From positions 44,794 through 108,793 of IMG/VR virus record IMGVR_UViG_2974628062_000001: a stretch of 64,000 bases of DNA; one strand, 5' to 3'. Of this stretch, positions 45,382 to 54,164 are shown in pieces (position 1 is the first letter of the stretch; each line of letters starts with the position of its first letter). The notes under the pieces are model-generated. The model was not told where the DNA came from, searched no databases, and saw only the letters and a list, made by a program, of their open reading frames with translations. Source of the stretch: a virus. Taxonomy: Duplodnaviria; Heunggongvirae; Uroviricota; Caudoviricetes. The translations under genes and the position numbers were made by a program.

Positions 45382-46155
45382 ATGAAGATTCTGGTCTTGG
45401 GCGACACTCATGGTGAGACGCAGTGGACTAAGGACATGGTAAAGCGTGCTCATCGAATGAAGGTCGAAAAGATTATTCAAGTTGGTGACTTCGGCATTTG
45501 GACGCACGAGGCTGAGGGTCACCGCTTTCTGGATACTGTCAATGAAGAATTGCGCCGGGTTGGCATTAAGCTTTACTTCGTTGGCGGGAATCACGAGAAT
45601 TGGGACCACCTTAATTGGTTCCAGAAGAACAACGCAAAGAGCGGAGATGGACACATTTACATCCGCTCTCACATCCTCTATACTGGCCGTGTACATCGGT
45701 GGGTTTGGGGAGAGAAGGGTTCAGAGAAGGTTTTCCAGGCTGTTGGTGGAGCTGTCTCCGTTGACAAGAACTGGCGTACCGTAGGAAAGACCCTCTGGCT
45801 TGATGAGGAAATTCCTGAGCCTGTCGTTTATGGTCTTGAGCAGGCTGGTCGTCAGTGCGATTATCTTTTCACTCATGATGCACCTAGCTGTGTGCCAATG
45901 AGCAATCTGAAGCCTGATATGGATTCGGCTCGGCATCGTGGATACATGGACCGAATTGGGCGGGCTACCCGACCCAATCTTTGGTTCCACGGTCATTACC
46001 ACAAGTGGATGGAGTATAGCTTTATGCATCAGCAGGGTTATGCTTTCGTCTATGGTCTTGACCGTGACTTCCAGTTCTACAGTCACGTCATTCTTGACAC
46101 AGAGAGTGACAATGTAACTACTGCAACTGGCAAGGTTGTCGAGCACGGTAACTAA
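45382..46155 (+). CDS. calcineurin-like metallophosphoesterase
   Basis: MKILVLGDTHGE, GNHE motifs. Confidence 0.65.
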   Translation: MKILVLGDTHGETQWTKDMVKRAHRMKVEKIIQVGDFGIWTHEAEGHRFLDTVNEELRRVGIKLYFVGGNHENWDHLNWFQKNNAKSGDGHIYIRSHILYTGRVHRWVWGEKGSEKVFQAVGGAVSVDKNWRTVGKTLWLDEEIPEPVVYGLEQAGRQCDYLFTHDAPSCVPMSNLKPDMDSARHRGYMDRIGRATRPNLWFHGHYHKWMEYSFMHQQGYAFVYGLDRDFQFYSHVILDTESDNVTTATGKVVEHGN

Positions 46156-46242
46156 GCATTTGCCATTTGAAAACATTTCCAATACAATGAAATGTATGGA
46201 GGCTTACGCCTCCGATAGATTTTGAGGAGGTGTACAATTCAA

Positions 46243-46680
46243 ATGGCAAATGAAGAGAAGAACGAGCCACGTATTCTTTCAAACGATGAGCGTGCCGCAT
46301 CCCTAAAGGAGGCTGACGCTCGTGCGGCAAAGAGAGACTACAAGCCAACCACAGCTCAGGATGCTGTTGCCCCACACGGACCACATGGTGTTGAGGAGGC
46401 TGCTGCTAAGCGTGCAAAGGACGCTGGTGTTATTGACCCTGCCTTCGTAAATTACGAAGAGGCTCTAGAGAACTACCAGGCTCGTCCAGACGTTGAGCCA
46501 CTAGATGAGCGTCGCGCTCGTGAGGGTGGACGTGACTTCCAGGCTGCTGCATTCCGTCGTGAAATCGGTGGTACCGACAACTCTGGAGTAACCACTTCTG
46601 AGGATGTTGCTACTGGAGCGGCTGAGGATAACAAGGACAACAACAAGACTGTTGCTGCCCGTAAGCCTGCATCTAAGTAA
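46243..46680 (+). CDS. hypothetical Ala-rich protein
   Basis: RBS GAGGAGG. Confidence 0.45.
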   Translation: MANEEKNEPRILSNDERAASLKEADARAAKRDYKPTTAQDAVAPHGPHGVEEAAAKRAKDAGVIDPAFVNYEEALENYQARPDVEPLDERRAREGGRDFQAAAFRREIGGTDNSGVTTSEDVATGAAEDNKDNNKTVAARKPASK

Positions 46681-46698
46681 GCGTTGATATTCGTAAAA

Positions 46699-46737
46699 AG
46701 ACCGGGGTTGACAAGGCCCCGGTCTTTTGCGTATACT
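46699..46737 (+). promoter_or_regulatory. terminator hairpin overlapping a sigma-70-like promoter for tRNA-Lys
   Basis: agaccgggg...ccccggtct then TTTT; TTGACA (in loop) -18- TATACT. Confidence 0.55.
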
Positions 46738-46753
46738 GTAGGAACACAAACGA

Positions 46754-46826
46754 AATCCCTTAGCTCAGTTGGCAGAGCGCTGGACTTTTAATCCAAGTGT
46801 CGTCGGTTCGAGTCCGACAGGGATTA
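46754..46826 (+). tRNA. tRNA-Lys(UUU)
   Basis: acceptor aatccct/agggatt perfect; anticodon stem ctgga/tccag, loop cttttaa. Confidence 0.75.
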
Positions 46827-46828
46827 CT

Positions 46829-46855
46829 CTTGACACTCCAGTGTCAAAAATGTTA
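46829..46855 (+). terminator. hairpin terminator after tRNA-Lys
   Basis: ttgacact/agtgtcaa then AAAAT. Confidence 0.4.
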
Positions 46856-46896
46856 AGATGCATGTATGATGCAAATTGAACGAAAGGTAAGGACTT

Positions 46897-47133
46897 ATGC
46901 CTAATCTCGATTACAAGGCCGCTCACAAGTTTGTCAAGGAGCAGCGCCGTATGGGTAACGCTGTTCGCTGGGATGGCTGGGACATGGTATTCTGGAAGCC
47001 CACTCGACACGGGTTCACGAATGTCAATGGTGCCTTTGATAGGGACAAGGGTCGTTGGGGCGTAGAGTCCCGAGTTTCCGTCAACACAGACGGTGTTTGG
47101 ATGGTCCCTAAGAAGAATGTCAAGTCTGCTTGA
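46897..47133 (+). CDS. hypothetical protein
   Basis: RBS AAGGA. Confidence 0.4.
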   Translation: MPNLDYKAAHKFVKEQRRMGNAVRWDGWDMVFWKPTRHGFTNVNGAFDRDKGRWGVESRVSVNTDGVWMVPKKNVKSA

Positions 47134-47425
47134 GGAATTCGGGCTAGACCCGGAGGATTTCGAATGGCAAGACTTGGCTCTATGCTCTAATATGCCGACA
47201 GCTTTCTTCTATGATTCTTATGAATCGGACCAGGAAACGGCAAAGTCCATCGACCAAGTCTGCCTTCGATGTCCTGTTATCAAAGAGTGTTTCTTTGCAG
47301 GTGCTAGAGGGGAACACGGAGTTTGGGGCGGGTTTTATTGGAACGGCTCTGGTAGCCCAGACAAAAATAAAAACTCCCACAAAACTGATGAAGTAAAAGC
47401 GGAGATTCTAAGGAGGGTAGAATGA
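47117..47425 (+). CDS. WhiB-like transcription factor (4-Cys Fe-S)
   Basis: C..CLRCPVIKECFFAGARGEHGVWGG WhiB signature. Confidence 0.7.
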   Translation: MSSLLEEFGLDPEDFEWQDLALCSNMPTAFFYDSYESDQETAKSIDQVCLRCPVIKECFFAGARGEHGVWGGFYWNGSGSPDKNKNSHKTDEVKAEILRRVE

Positions 47426-47679
47426 GTCAATACTCTCCTGAAGTACAAAGAATCTTTAAGACGATGAAGCCTCCCTATAACGGCTTCATCGTGGATATGG
47501 TAGAATATCCAGACTACCTTGCACTGAGGGTTTACAAGCCTAACATTGAAGAGTTCAGCGAGATGCAGAAAGTGGCGCTCGCTGAATATCTGTTTCAGCT
47601 AAGAGATACAATTAGGTCAGAAGAAGTCAAGTGCCACATTGAGGGAGTCACTGATGCACCACCTTCTGGAAAACGATAA
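47422..47679 (+). CDS. hypothetical protein
   Basis: RBS AAGGAGGG. Confidence 0.45.
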   Translation: MSQYSPEVQRIFKTMKPPYNGFIVDMVEYPDYLALRVYKPNIEEFSEMQKVALAEYLFQLRDTIRSEEVKCHIEGVTDAPPSGKR

Positions 47680-47848
47680 GCGTTACCCTCGCATTCTTAT
47701 GATTGAGGAGAACGTCATCGGACATCTTGTCCAGCGCAATGCTTATTTTTCGCGGGTTAAGTACAGTGTGCTTGGACATGAATACAACATTGAGGTAGAC
47801 AACGATGAATATCTGGAGCTGCCTCAGATTGGATATGAGAGCGATTGA
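47639..47848 (+). CDS. hypothetical protein
   Basis: ORF track. Confidence 0.35.
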   Translation: MRESLMHHLLENDKRYPRILMIEENVIGHLVQRNAYFSRVKYSVLGHEYNIEVDNDEYLELPQIGYESD

Positions 47849-48093
47849 GCGAGTCGGTTGTTTGTGCTTGCTGCGGAAAGCAGCACAATGAGCTACGTGC
47901 CCAGAACTCCAAACTGATTGCCGGAAATAAGTTCTTCGCATGTCCGTCATGCAAGGCAGACAAGAAAGAGCCTCGCGCTTACGTGATTCTTGTCGGCAGG
48001 GCTTCCGGTCCTGATTCAGTGACAGACTATATTCTTAACCGCCGTTATTGCGGAGAAGAGATTCTGGCCAAGGAACTGGTTACAAGGCGTTAA
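47845..48093 (+). CDS. hypothetical zinc-ribbon protein
   Basis: CACCGK...CPSC. Confidence 0.4.
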   Translation: MSESVVCACCGKQHNELRAQNSKLIAGNKFFACPSCKADKKEPRAYVILVGRASGPDSVTDYILNRRYCGEEILAKELVTRR

Positions 48094-48101
48094 AACTTAA
48101 T

Positions 48102-48117
48102 AGGCGGGTTTTCCCGC
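48102..48117 (+). terminator. hairpin ahead of tRNA
   Basis: ggcggg-tttt-cccgcc. Confidence 0.35.
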
Positions 48118-48122
48118 CATAC

Positions 48123-48195
48123 CCCCGGTTAGCTTAACTGGTAAAAGCGGCGTACTTATACTACGCATTTATGAGTTCGAATCTCATACTGGGGA
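48123..48195 (+). tRNA. tRNA with UAU anticodon (Ile, AUA-decoding type)
   Basis: acceptor ccccggt/actgggg; anticodon stem gcgta/tacgc perfect, loop cttatac. Confidence 0.6.
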
Positions 48196-48245
48196 CCCAT
48201 AAAGTATGATTGGACTTTTAAGCATCAGAACGTTATACTTTAATC

Positions 48246-48677
48246 ATGTCCAGACTAGTGAGTTTCTTTAAGGCTGTGGCTGAACGTCCCACGGAAGCCA
48301 TTGAAGGAATTGTCGCTACGGCGGTTTTCCTTGTTGGTTTGTGGTTTGTCAGTCCCTTTTATGAGCCTACTACATCTGTGCAATCCCAGATTTGGGAAAG
48401 TGCAAATATCCCACAGTTTACTGGTGTCTTCCAATCACTGGTTGCCGGAATTCTCCTATTTGCTCTGGTCAGAAAGGGTTGGGCAAGAAGGCAAATGGTT
48501 CGTCGGCAGGCGACATTTGCCATTTTCATTCTCTACCTGTTTTACGGACTCTCCTCTACCATGATTCTAGGAATGGGGAGGGTTTCATGGGTGGCTACAT
48601 TCGCTCTTGCTCTTATCTCGGGTGTGGCTCATCTAAGGCTAAAGTGGGAGGAGGGTGAAGCCAATGCCAGAGATTAG
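48246..48677 (+). CDS. hypothetical membrane protein
   Basis: multiple hydrophobic segments. Confidence 0.45.
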   Translation: MSRLVSFFKAVAERPTEAIEGIVATAVFLVGLWFVSPFYEPTTSVQSQIWESANIPQFTGVFQSLVAGILLFALVRKGWARRQMVRRQATFAIFILYLFYGLSSTMILGMGRVSWVATFALALISGVAHLRLKWEEGEANARD

Positions 48678-48960
48678 TCAGGCGTGGCTAGCCCTGCTAG
48701 GTGCTTTGCTTGGTGGTTCCGGACTCAAGATTATTGAGTATTGGCTAAATCGCTCGAAGGTGAGGGAAGATGCTGCTGCGCAGATGCGTACTGAGCTGAG
48801 AGATGAAATTAAAGTTCTCCGTGAAGAATTGCGTACAGTTGAAGACGAACTTGACAAGTGGCGCGGCAAGTACTATGAATTGATGGATGAGTTCATGAAG
48901 GCCAAGAGTGACCTAGCTGAGGCTCTAAGCCGTGCACGTAACCAAGCCGAAGGGTCTTGA
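48655..48960 (+). CDS. hypothetical protein (N-terminal TM, coiled coil)
   Basis: ORF track. Confidence 0.4.
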   Translation: MKPMPEISQAWLALLGALLGGSGLKIIEYWLNRSKVREDAAAQMRTELRDEIKVLREELRTVEDELDKWRGKYYELMDEFMKAKSDLAEALSRARNQAEGS

Positions 48961-49130
48961 CGAGACGCTAGAAGCTGTGTATAGTAGTAGATGCGAGTGG
49001 GAGAGAGACCCACAAACTTTTCCGGCGGGGTGAGGATGAAAATCTGTAGAAACACCGGATGCGAGCGGAGCGCACAATCTCCGCATTAAGCTTTTGAACG
49101 ATTATGTAGTAGAATAGTTACGGAAGGGAG

Positions 49131-49415
49131 GTGCCTAATTTGGCATTTTACGCCGTTAACTCATTCTATTACAATGAGGAGACTGGAAACATGTTCCTCT
49201 ATCTGACTAAGCCTACAGAGGTTTCTTACGAACACTCATCAGAGTATCTTCCTGAGGACATCTTTGAGGCTCAGATTTTCCTTGATGGAGGAATCGCTTT
49301 GATTGGAAAGAACCGACCACCTTCTGAGGATGGTACAATTCCTGGTGGAATGTATGGTAGAACAGCAAGTCCTAGCGATGACACAGTTAACCCTCTAGAA
49401 GACGCTCCCGAGTGA
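49131..49415 (+). CDS. hypothetical protein
   Basis: RBS GGAAGGGAGG. Confidence 0.4.
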   Translation: MPNLAFYAVNSFYYNEETGNMFLYLTKPTEVSYEHSSEYLPEDIFEAQIFLDGGIALIGKNRPPSEDGTIPGGMYGRTASPSDDTVNPLEDAPE

Positions 49416-49487
49416 CTTGACAGAGCTTAAGACGCTCTGCTAGAGTATAGATACAAGGTAAGGCAACCGCCCAAGAGTTGCCAACAT

Positions 49488-49560
49488 GCTCCCGTAGAGT
49501 AAAGGTTATCTCGCTTCCCTCTCAAGGAAGAGACTGCCGGTTCGAATCCGGTCGGGAGTA
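49488..49560 (+). tRNA. tRNA-Glu(CUC)
   Basis: acceptor gctcccg/cgggagt; anticodon stem cttcc/ggaag, loop ctctcaa. Confidence 0.65.
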
Positions 49561-49667
49561 CAAATCAAATCTGGTTGACATATTAAAAGGTTGCAACCAC
49601 CCCAGATTTGGTCTAGGCTGAGTAGGACACATTACGAACCCTCAATAGCCGATTCACTTAGTATCAG

Positions 49668-49874
49668 ATGAATACTAACCGTGAATTTTGTGAGCATTGT
49701 CGTCACTCTCTTGTTCCTTCAGAAGGAAAGTGGGATAACGTGGATTATCCGGATTGGGCGTGTGATGGAATTCTGACTTTCGAGCCGGACCCATTTGCAC
49801 AAGAAATCCATGATGACCACGAGAACTACTGGAATTGTGATGGAGGAAGGTACGAGTCGGCAATGGACATCTGA
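49668..49874 (+). CDS. hypothetical Cys/His-rich protein
   Basis: ORF track. Confidence 0.35.
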   Translation: MNTNREFCEHCRHSLVPSEGKWDNVDYPDWACDGILTFEPDPFAQEIHDDHENYWNCDGGRYESAMDI

Positions 49875-49880
49875 ATATTG

Positions 49881-49892
49881 GGCCTTCGGGCC
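49881..49892 (+). other. GC tetraloop hairpin 4 nt upstream of tRNA-Glu
   Basis: ggcc-ttcg-ggcc. Confidence 0.5.
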
Positions 49893-49896
49893 ACAT

Positions 49897-49967
49897 GCCC
49901 CCATCGTCTAAGGGTAGGACGTCAGACTTTCAATCTGATAATCGGAGTTCAATTCTCCGTGGGGGTG
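49897..49967 (+). tRNA. tRNA-Glu(UUC)
   Basis: acceptor gccccca/tgggggt; anticodon stem tcaga/tctga, loop ctttcaa. Confidence 0.75.
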
Positions 49968-50098
49968 CAATGAATAGCTAATATTTCTGATTTCGAATAG
50001 GAAATTGCAGCTATACAGGAGACCCAAGATACTAGTTAGGGTAACAGATGTTGCATGACGGCTTCGGGCATCTATAAATAATCAGGAAACCGTCCCCA

Positions 50099-50169
50099 TC
50101 CGGCGTAGTAAAATGGTATTACATCTGCTTGCCAAGCAGAAAGCGCGAGTTCGATTCTCGTCGCCGGGA
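50099..50169 (+). tRNA. tRNA-Gly(GCC)
   Basis: acceptor tccggcg/cgccggg; anticodon stem tctgc/gcaga, loop ttgccaa. Confidence 0.7.
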
Positions 50170-50175
50170 CTTCCA

Positions 50176-50205
50176 GGGCTTACATAAAGTAAGCCCTCTT
50201 TTTAT
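50176..50205 (+). terminator. intrinsic terminator
   Basis: gggcttac-ataa-gtaagccc then TCTTTTTATT. Confidence 0.7.
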
Positions 50206-50215
50206 TGGAGCTAAC

Positions 50216-50413
50216 ATGGGCATTAGTCTATGGAAGAATGGTGAAGTTGAAAGCGCAGTTTCACTAATCTACATTGGTGATGACGTGGTTCTGGAAACTG
50301 ATGGGCTTGGAAAGCCAACACCACACTATTTCGAAAGTACTCCTGCGGCTAAGGAGTTCATCATCAAGCAGGCTTACGCTCTGCTTTCTCTTGGATATGA
50401 GGTTCACGGATGA
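50216..50413 (+). CDS. hypothetical protein
   Basis: internal ATG of track ORF 50129. Confidence 0.4.
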   Translation: MGISLWKNGEVESAVSLIYIGDDVVLETDGLGKPTPHYFESTPAAKEFIIKQAYALLSLGYEVHG

Positions 50414-50934
50414 TTCAGCTCAATTCTCGTGTGAAGATTAACGACACCTATTCCGGCGGGATTCCCGATGTCATTGGGAAGGTCGGCAAGGTTGAGCACG
50501 TTGCGGGCACTGTGTATCAGCTCAGCGTCTCCGGAAAGCGTGAGAGCAGCTATTACAAGGGCCACTTCTACGACTACAAGGTTATTGCTACCGCCTCAGA
50601 AATTGATGAGGTTCCATACGACTTCAAGGACATGGAAGGCACCACGGTTGAACTTGGCGACATTGTGGTGTATGGTAGCAACACTGGGAACCTCACGAAG
50701 GGTAAGGTTGTAGATTTCAAGGACATGACCTATCCTAGGTGGGAGCAGCCTCGCCAAGAGTTGAAGTTCCAGCTTGAGTACGAGGTTGATGACTACCTGT
50801 ATGATGGTGGTGACCGTAGGCTGACTCGAACGGAAACCCGCCGGATGTGGCTTTCCAAGAGCAGTCGCACTCTAGTTGTACAGAAGGGGCTCTCCAGTTA
50901 TTTCCCTGGGGAGTTGATTATTCAGGATGTCTGA
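50410..50934 (+). CDS. hypothetical protein
   Basis: ORF track. Confidence 0.45.
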   Translation: MIQLNSRVKINDTYSGGIPDVIGKVGKVEHVAGTVYQLSVSGKRESSYYKGHFYDYKVIATASEIDEVPYDFKDMEGTTVELGDIVVYGSNTGNLTKGKVVDFKDMTYPRWEQPRQELKFQLEYEVDDYLYDGGDRRLTRTETRRMWLSKSSRTLVVQKGLSSYFPGELIIQDV

Positions 50935-51121
50935 CAGACAAAAGAAGCCAAAGCCCATGGGTAGTGGAAACTACACACTTTGCAAGAAGTGTGGTGGGTA
51001 TGGTACAGTAGTTGAAACGAAGCATTACAGAGGCAAGCGTCTGGCCAACAAGAACAATGAAGTTGACCTCTTCGTGAGATGTCCAAGATGTCTCGGTGGA
51101 GGCTGGACAGTCGCCAAGTAG
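50927..51121 (+). CDS. hypothetical zinc-ribbon protein
   Basis: CKKCGG...CPRC. Confidence 0.4.
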   Translation: MSDRQKKPKPMGSGNYTLCKKCGGYGTVVETKHYRGKRLANKNNEVDLFVRCPRCLGGGWTVAK

Positions 51122-51135
51122 TATGCTATGATGGA

Positions 51136-51236
51136 TACATCGGGTCGGAGATAAATGGTTATCATGGATAAAATTGACTCATAATCAATCGGGTTTCGAT
51201 ACCCAACTCCGTTTATCACACCACATCCGATGTAGT
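51136..51236 (+). ncRNA. Y RNA-like repeat element copy F, abutting tRNA-Gly
   Basis: CGGGTCGGAGATAAATGGTTATC; ataaatgg pairs ccgtttat; tcgga pairs tccga across bulge cacaccaca; internal T-arm-like gggtTTCGATAccc. Confidence 0.5.
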
Positions 51237-51307
51237 GCGAGTGTAGTTTAATGGTAGAACAACAGACTTCCACTCTGTTAGCGGGGGTTCGATTCCCCCT
51301 ACTCGCT
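51237..51307 (+). tRNA. tRNA-Gly(UCC)
   Basis: acceptor gcgagtg/tactcgc; anticodon stem acaga/tctgt, loop cttccac. Confidence 0.75.
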
Positions 51308-51319
51308 CGAAATGAATGT

Positions 51320-51356
51320 CCCCGCTGGTAAAAACTAGCGGGGCTTCGTTGTTTCT
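51320..51356 (+). terminator. intrinsic terminator
   Basis: ccccgctgg...ctagcgggg then CTTCGTTGTTTC. Confidence 0.55.
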
Positions 51357-51372
51357 ATGGTAAGATGGGTAC

Positions 51373-51570
51373 ATGGAAGAGATTGTTTCATACAGCTTCG
51401 CTGTAGATATTTACAAGACTGAGTCTGGGACGTATGCTTACGGAGTGTTCCAAGAGCTAGAGTCTGAGACCGAAGATGACCTACAGTTGCTAGAAACTGG
51501 TGAGGCTGATACACTTGCTGAAGCAGCCGACATGGCAAGCAAGAGTATCCGAACACTGTTTTCTGTGTGA
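51373..51570 (+). CDS. hypothetical acidic protein (weak)
   Basis: ORF track; no clear RBS. Confidence 0.25.
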   Translation: MEEIVSYSFAVDIYKTESGTYAYGVFQELESETEDDLQLLETGEADTLAEAADMASKSIRTLFSV

Positions 51571-51571
51571 C

Positions 51572-51600
51572 TTCTGACCCTTTCGTAAAGGGTCTTTCCC
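51572..51600 (+). terminator. hairpin with recurrent CGU tri-loop stem gacccttt/aaagggtc
   Basis: gaccctttcgtaaagggtc then TTTCCCC. Confidence 0.45.
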
Positions 51601-51669
51601 CCTTAGTGTAATCAGGCAGCACCACGGATTTTGGTTCCGTTAGTTCCAGTTCGAATCTGGCCGGGGGAG
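51597..51669 (+). tRNA. tRNA-Gln(UUG)
   Basis: U1-A72; anticodon stem acgga/tccgt, loop ttttggt; acceptor tccccct/cggggga with one terminal mismatch. Confidence 0.6.
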
Positions 51670-51691
51670 CTGGTCTAAAAAGGAGAAGAAA

Positions 51692-52189
51692 ATGTTTAAT
51701 TGGATTCCGTTTGACTCTGTCCTCTTCTGGATTTGGTTTGGGGGATTCCTTCTGTTGTCCATCCCAACGTCTATCGCTTGGTTGTTCAACATGGCGTTCC
51801 TCGGGGATTCAATGGACAAGTCATACCAACGCAGGATGGGAGTGGTATTCACTCTTTGCGCAATCGGTATGACGTGGTTCTGGCCCATCGGCTTGATTGT
51901 CTTTGTCTCGATTGACCAGTACAAGAAGGCAAAGCAGCGTAAGTGGGACAGGGTTTGGAAGCAAAAGAAGGCTACAGTTCCTAATTACTGGAAGAACTAC
52001 TACCTGATTCTCAATGGCAATGTCACTGACATTCAGGTTCGCGTTCTTGATTGGGATTATTACGGTGGCAAGGCTCGTCTGGCCATGTGGCGAGGAGAGC
52101 AGCGTTTCTGGGCTGAGGGCAAGGAAATTATTGTCTACTGGCCCAACACCGACCTTGAGCCTATTCCTGAGGATAAGGAAAAGGTCTAA
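51692..52189 (+). CDS. hypothetical membrane protein
   Basis: RBS AGGAGAAG; 3 TM segments. Confidence 0.5.
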   Translation: MFNWIPFDSVLFWIWFGGFLLLSIPTSIAWLFNMAFLGDSMDKSYQRRMGVVFTLCAIGMTWFWPIGLIVFVSIDQYKKAKQRKWDRVWKQKKATVPNYWKNYYLILNGNVTDIQVRVLDWDYYGGKARLAMWRGEQRFWAEGKEIIVYWPNTDLEPIPEDKEKV

Positions 52190-52195
52190 GGTACT

Positions 52196-52217
52196 GGGGA
52201 CTTCGGTCCCCAAGCTT
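52196..52217 (+). repeat. GC hairpin + AAGCTT intergenic motif
   Basis: ggggac-ttcg-gtcccc then AAGCTT. Confidence 0.6.
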
Positions 52218-52239
52218 TCAACTACATAAAGGAGGCAGG

Positions 52240-52548
52240 ATGAATGTCCTGATTGTACTTGCACTTCTTGCGCTCTTCCTGTATCTTTATGAGCGTAACC
52301 GAGGGGTTCGTGCAGCACGTAATTCTCGACAGAGGCTTGAGAATTTGAAGAAGGGCGAGAATTACGGCCGGTGGTTTACCATTGCCAGCTCTCTTGACTC
52401 AGGTCGTGTATACTATGGTAAGGTAATCAGGTGGGATGTTCCTGAGGACCCGCGAAATGTTGCTGAACTCTATTGTGTGGAAGGCTCCAATCCTGATGGC
52501 TGGACACCTTCTTTCCTGTGGGATAAGGATGACCTAATCCTTCAGTAG
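52240..52548 (+). CDS. hypothetical protein with N-terminal TM
   Basis: RBS AAGGAGG. Confidence 0.45.
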   Translation: MNVLIVLALLALFLYLYERNRGVRAARNSRQRLENLKKGENYGRWFTIASSLDSGRVYYGKVIRWDVPEDPRNVAELYCVEGSNPDGWTPSFLWDKDDLILQ

Positions 52549-52555
52549 CATTTCT

Positions 52556-52575
52556 GCCCGGATTCGGGCAAGCTT
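52556..52575 (+). repeat. GC hairpin + AAGCTT intergenic motif
   Basis: gcccg-gatt-cgggc then AAGCTT. Confidence 0.6.
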
Positions 52576-52600
52576 CAAATATAATCAACAGATAGGCATT

Positions 52601-52804
52601 GTGATGATTGCTCTGCTCATTACCGTTTACACCATTGGTTTCCTCGGAATGGCAGCGTTCATTCTGGTCATGCTTGGTGTTGGAGCAATGTTTGGCAGCT
52701 ATCCCACCAAGGACATCTGGAAGGCATTTGCTTTTGCGTCTGTCTGGCCTGTTCTTATCGTGTGGGGAGCGGTCAATTGGACCGTTTACAAGATTAGGAA
52801 CTAA
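52601..52804 (+). CDS. hypothetical small membrane protein
   Basis: two hydrophobic helices. Confidence 0.4.
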   Translation: MMIALLITVYTIGFLGMAAFILVMLGVGAMFGSYPTKDIWKAFAFASVWPVLIVWGAVNWTVYKIRN

Positions 52805-53398
52805 ATGGATTTCAAAACGCTACATGAGGCTATTCCATATGCAACTGGAGAAAAGCTCCATGTAATGGAAATGAAGCCTTACCCGAATATTACTCTGTCA
52901 ATGCCGGGTCGTCATCAGAATGACACTGACCCTAAGGGCGGGGATTTCGTGGTAATGGTTGACAGTAAGTCTCTTGGATGGGTTAAGCACCAATTCACTC
53001 ATGGTGACCTTTGGGATGACCTTGAAAAGAAGAAGGTTGCTGATAATGCCAAAGCGGCACTCCTTATGAAGGAGTATGCTAAGGTAGTCCGTGGAGCTGA
53101 ACCTAATTGGGTACCCCTCCCTGATGGACAGAGCGACCCTTGGGCTGCTACACTAGACCCAACGACGTTTCTTCATGCAGTACAGTGTCTAGCGGTTGCT
53201 GAACATCGCCGGTACTGGCCTCACGAGTGTCAGGGTGGTGGAAGGTACTTGCCAGCACGCTTCTCAATGGGTATCATTGAGTGGTACTGGACAGCAGAAG
53301 ATGCGAAGGCTTATCAGTATCGTGGTCGTCAAGGACTTGAAAATCTAATCAAGGAAAAGGGACGACCGACTCCGCTCAAGAAGTATGCCGAGAGCTAA
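52805..53398 (+). CDS. hypothetical protein
   Basis: ORF track. Confidence 0.45.
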   Translation: MDFKTLHEAIPYATGEKLHVMEMKPYPNITLSMPGRHQNDTDPKGGDFVVMVDSKSLGWVKHQFTHGDLWDDLEKKKVADNAKAALLMKEYAKVVRGAEPNWVPLPDGQSDPWAATLDPTTFLHAVQCLAVAEHRRYWPHECQGGGRYLPARFSMGIIEWYWTAEDAKAYQYRGRQGLENLIKEKGRPTPLKKYAES

Positions 53399-53413
53399 AA
53401 ACTCTGGGTATTT

Positions 53414-53441
53414 GGACCCTTTCGTAAAGGGGTCCAAGCTA
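53414..53441 (+). repeat. GC hairpin + AAGCTA variant, A of AAGCTA shared with the start codon
   Basis: ggaccctttcgtaaaggggtcc then AAGCTATG. Confidence 0.55.
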
Positions 53442-53710
53442 TGGACAACAATATCGATGAGATTGCAGAGGAACTTGAAAGACATTTCTTGGTCCACAAT
53501 TATGAATGGAAATTCGATTACGGGCTTTCTAATCCCGATGCTGATGACTTGAAGAAGGCCATTCAAAAGGCTGTAATTATTCTTGAAGCTCAGGAAGGTG
53601 ATACCAATCTAGAGGTTGGGCATCTGCTCTTTGCTAAGAGGGCAAATGTAATTGACATCTTCGTCCATACTGGAACAATTGGAGAAACGCATGAAGACGA
53701 CTCGGTTTGA
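53441..53710 (+). CDS. hypothetical protein (no SD; start within motif)
   Basis: ORF track. Confidence 0.4.
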   Translation: MDNNIDEIAEELERHFLVHNYEWKFDYGLSNPDADDLKKAIQKAVIILEAQEGDTNLEVGHLLFAKRANVIDIFVHTGTIGETHEDDSV

Positions 53711-54164
53711 GTACACTCACAAGACTGAGGTTGACAGCAGTCTTGCACAGGCCGTGTATTACAATGAGAACGACCAGACCATGGCTATCGAATTCCATGA
53801 GCTTTCCTACGCTTACGCTGGTTCGGCTATCTATGGTGAAGTTCCTAAGGCTTTCTACGAAGGCTTTGTGACGGTTGACAGCATCGGCAAGACCTACAAT
53901 GGGTTTGTCAAGAAGACTTTCCCGAACATTGTTCAGGGAACTGTTTACGATGTTGAGTATGTAGACCTGAATGAGGTGAGTGCGCCTATCTCTGACCAGA
54001 AGGAGGCTTCTCACAGGTACATGGTCAAGGGTTATGTTCGTCACTCTGGTACATTTACGGCGGGTAATCTTGAAGAGGCCCGCGAACTCTTCCTTGACAG
54101 CCTGACTGAAGATGGCTATGATGGAAGTGACCTTGCAGTTACGGAGGTATACATCGTTGAGTGA
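53691..54164 (+). CDS. hypothetical protein
   Basis: RBS GGAGAAACGC then ATG. Confidence 0.45.
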   Translation: MKTTRFEYTHKTEVDSSLAQAVYYNENDQTMAIEFHELSYAYAGSAIYGEVPKAFYEGFVTVDSIGKTYNGFVKKTFPNIVQGTVYDVEYVDLNEVSAPISDQKEASHRYMVKGYVRHSGTFTAGNLEEARELFLDSLTEDGYDGSDLAVTEVYIVE

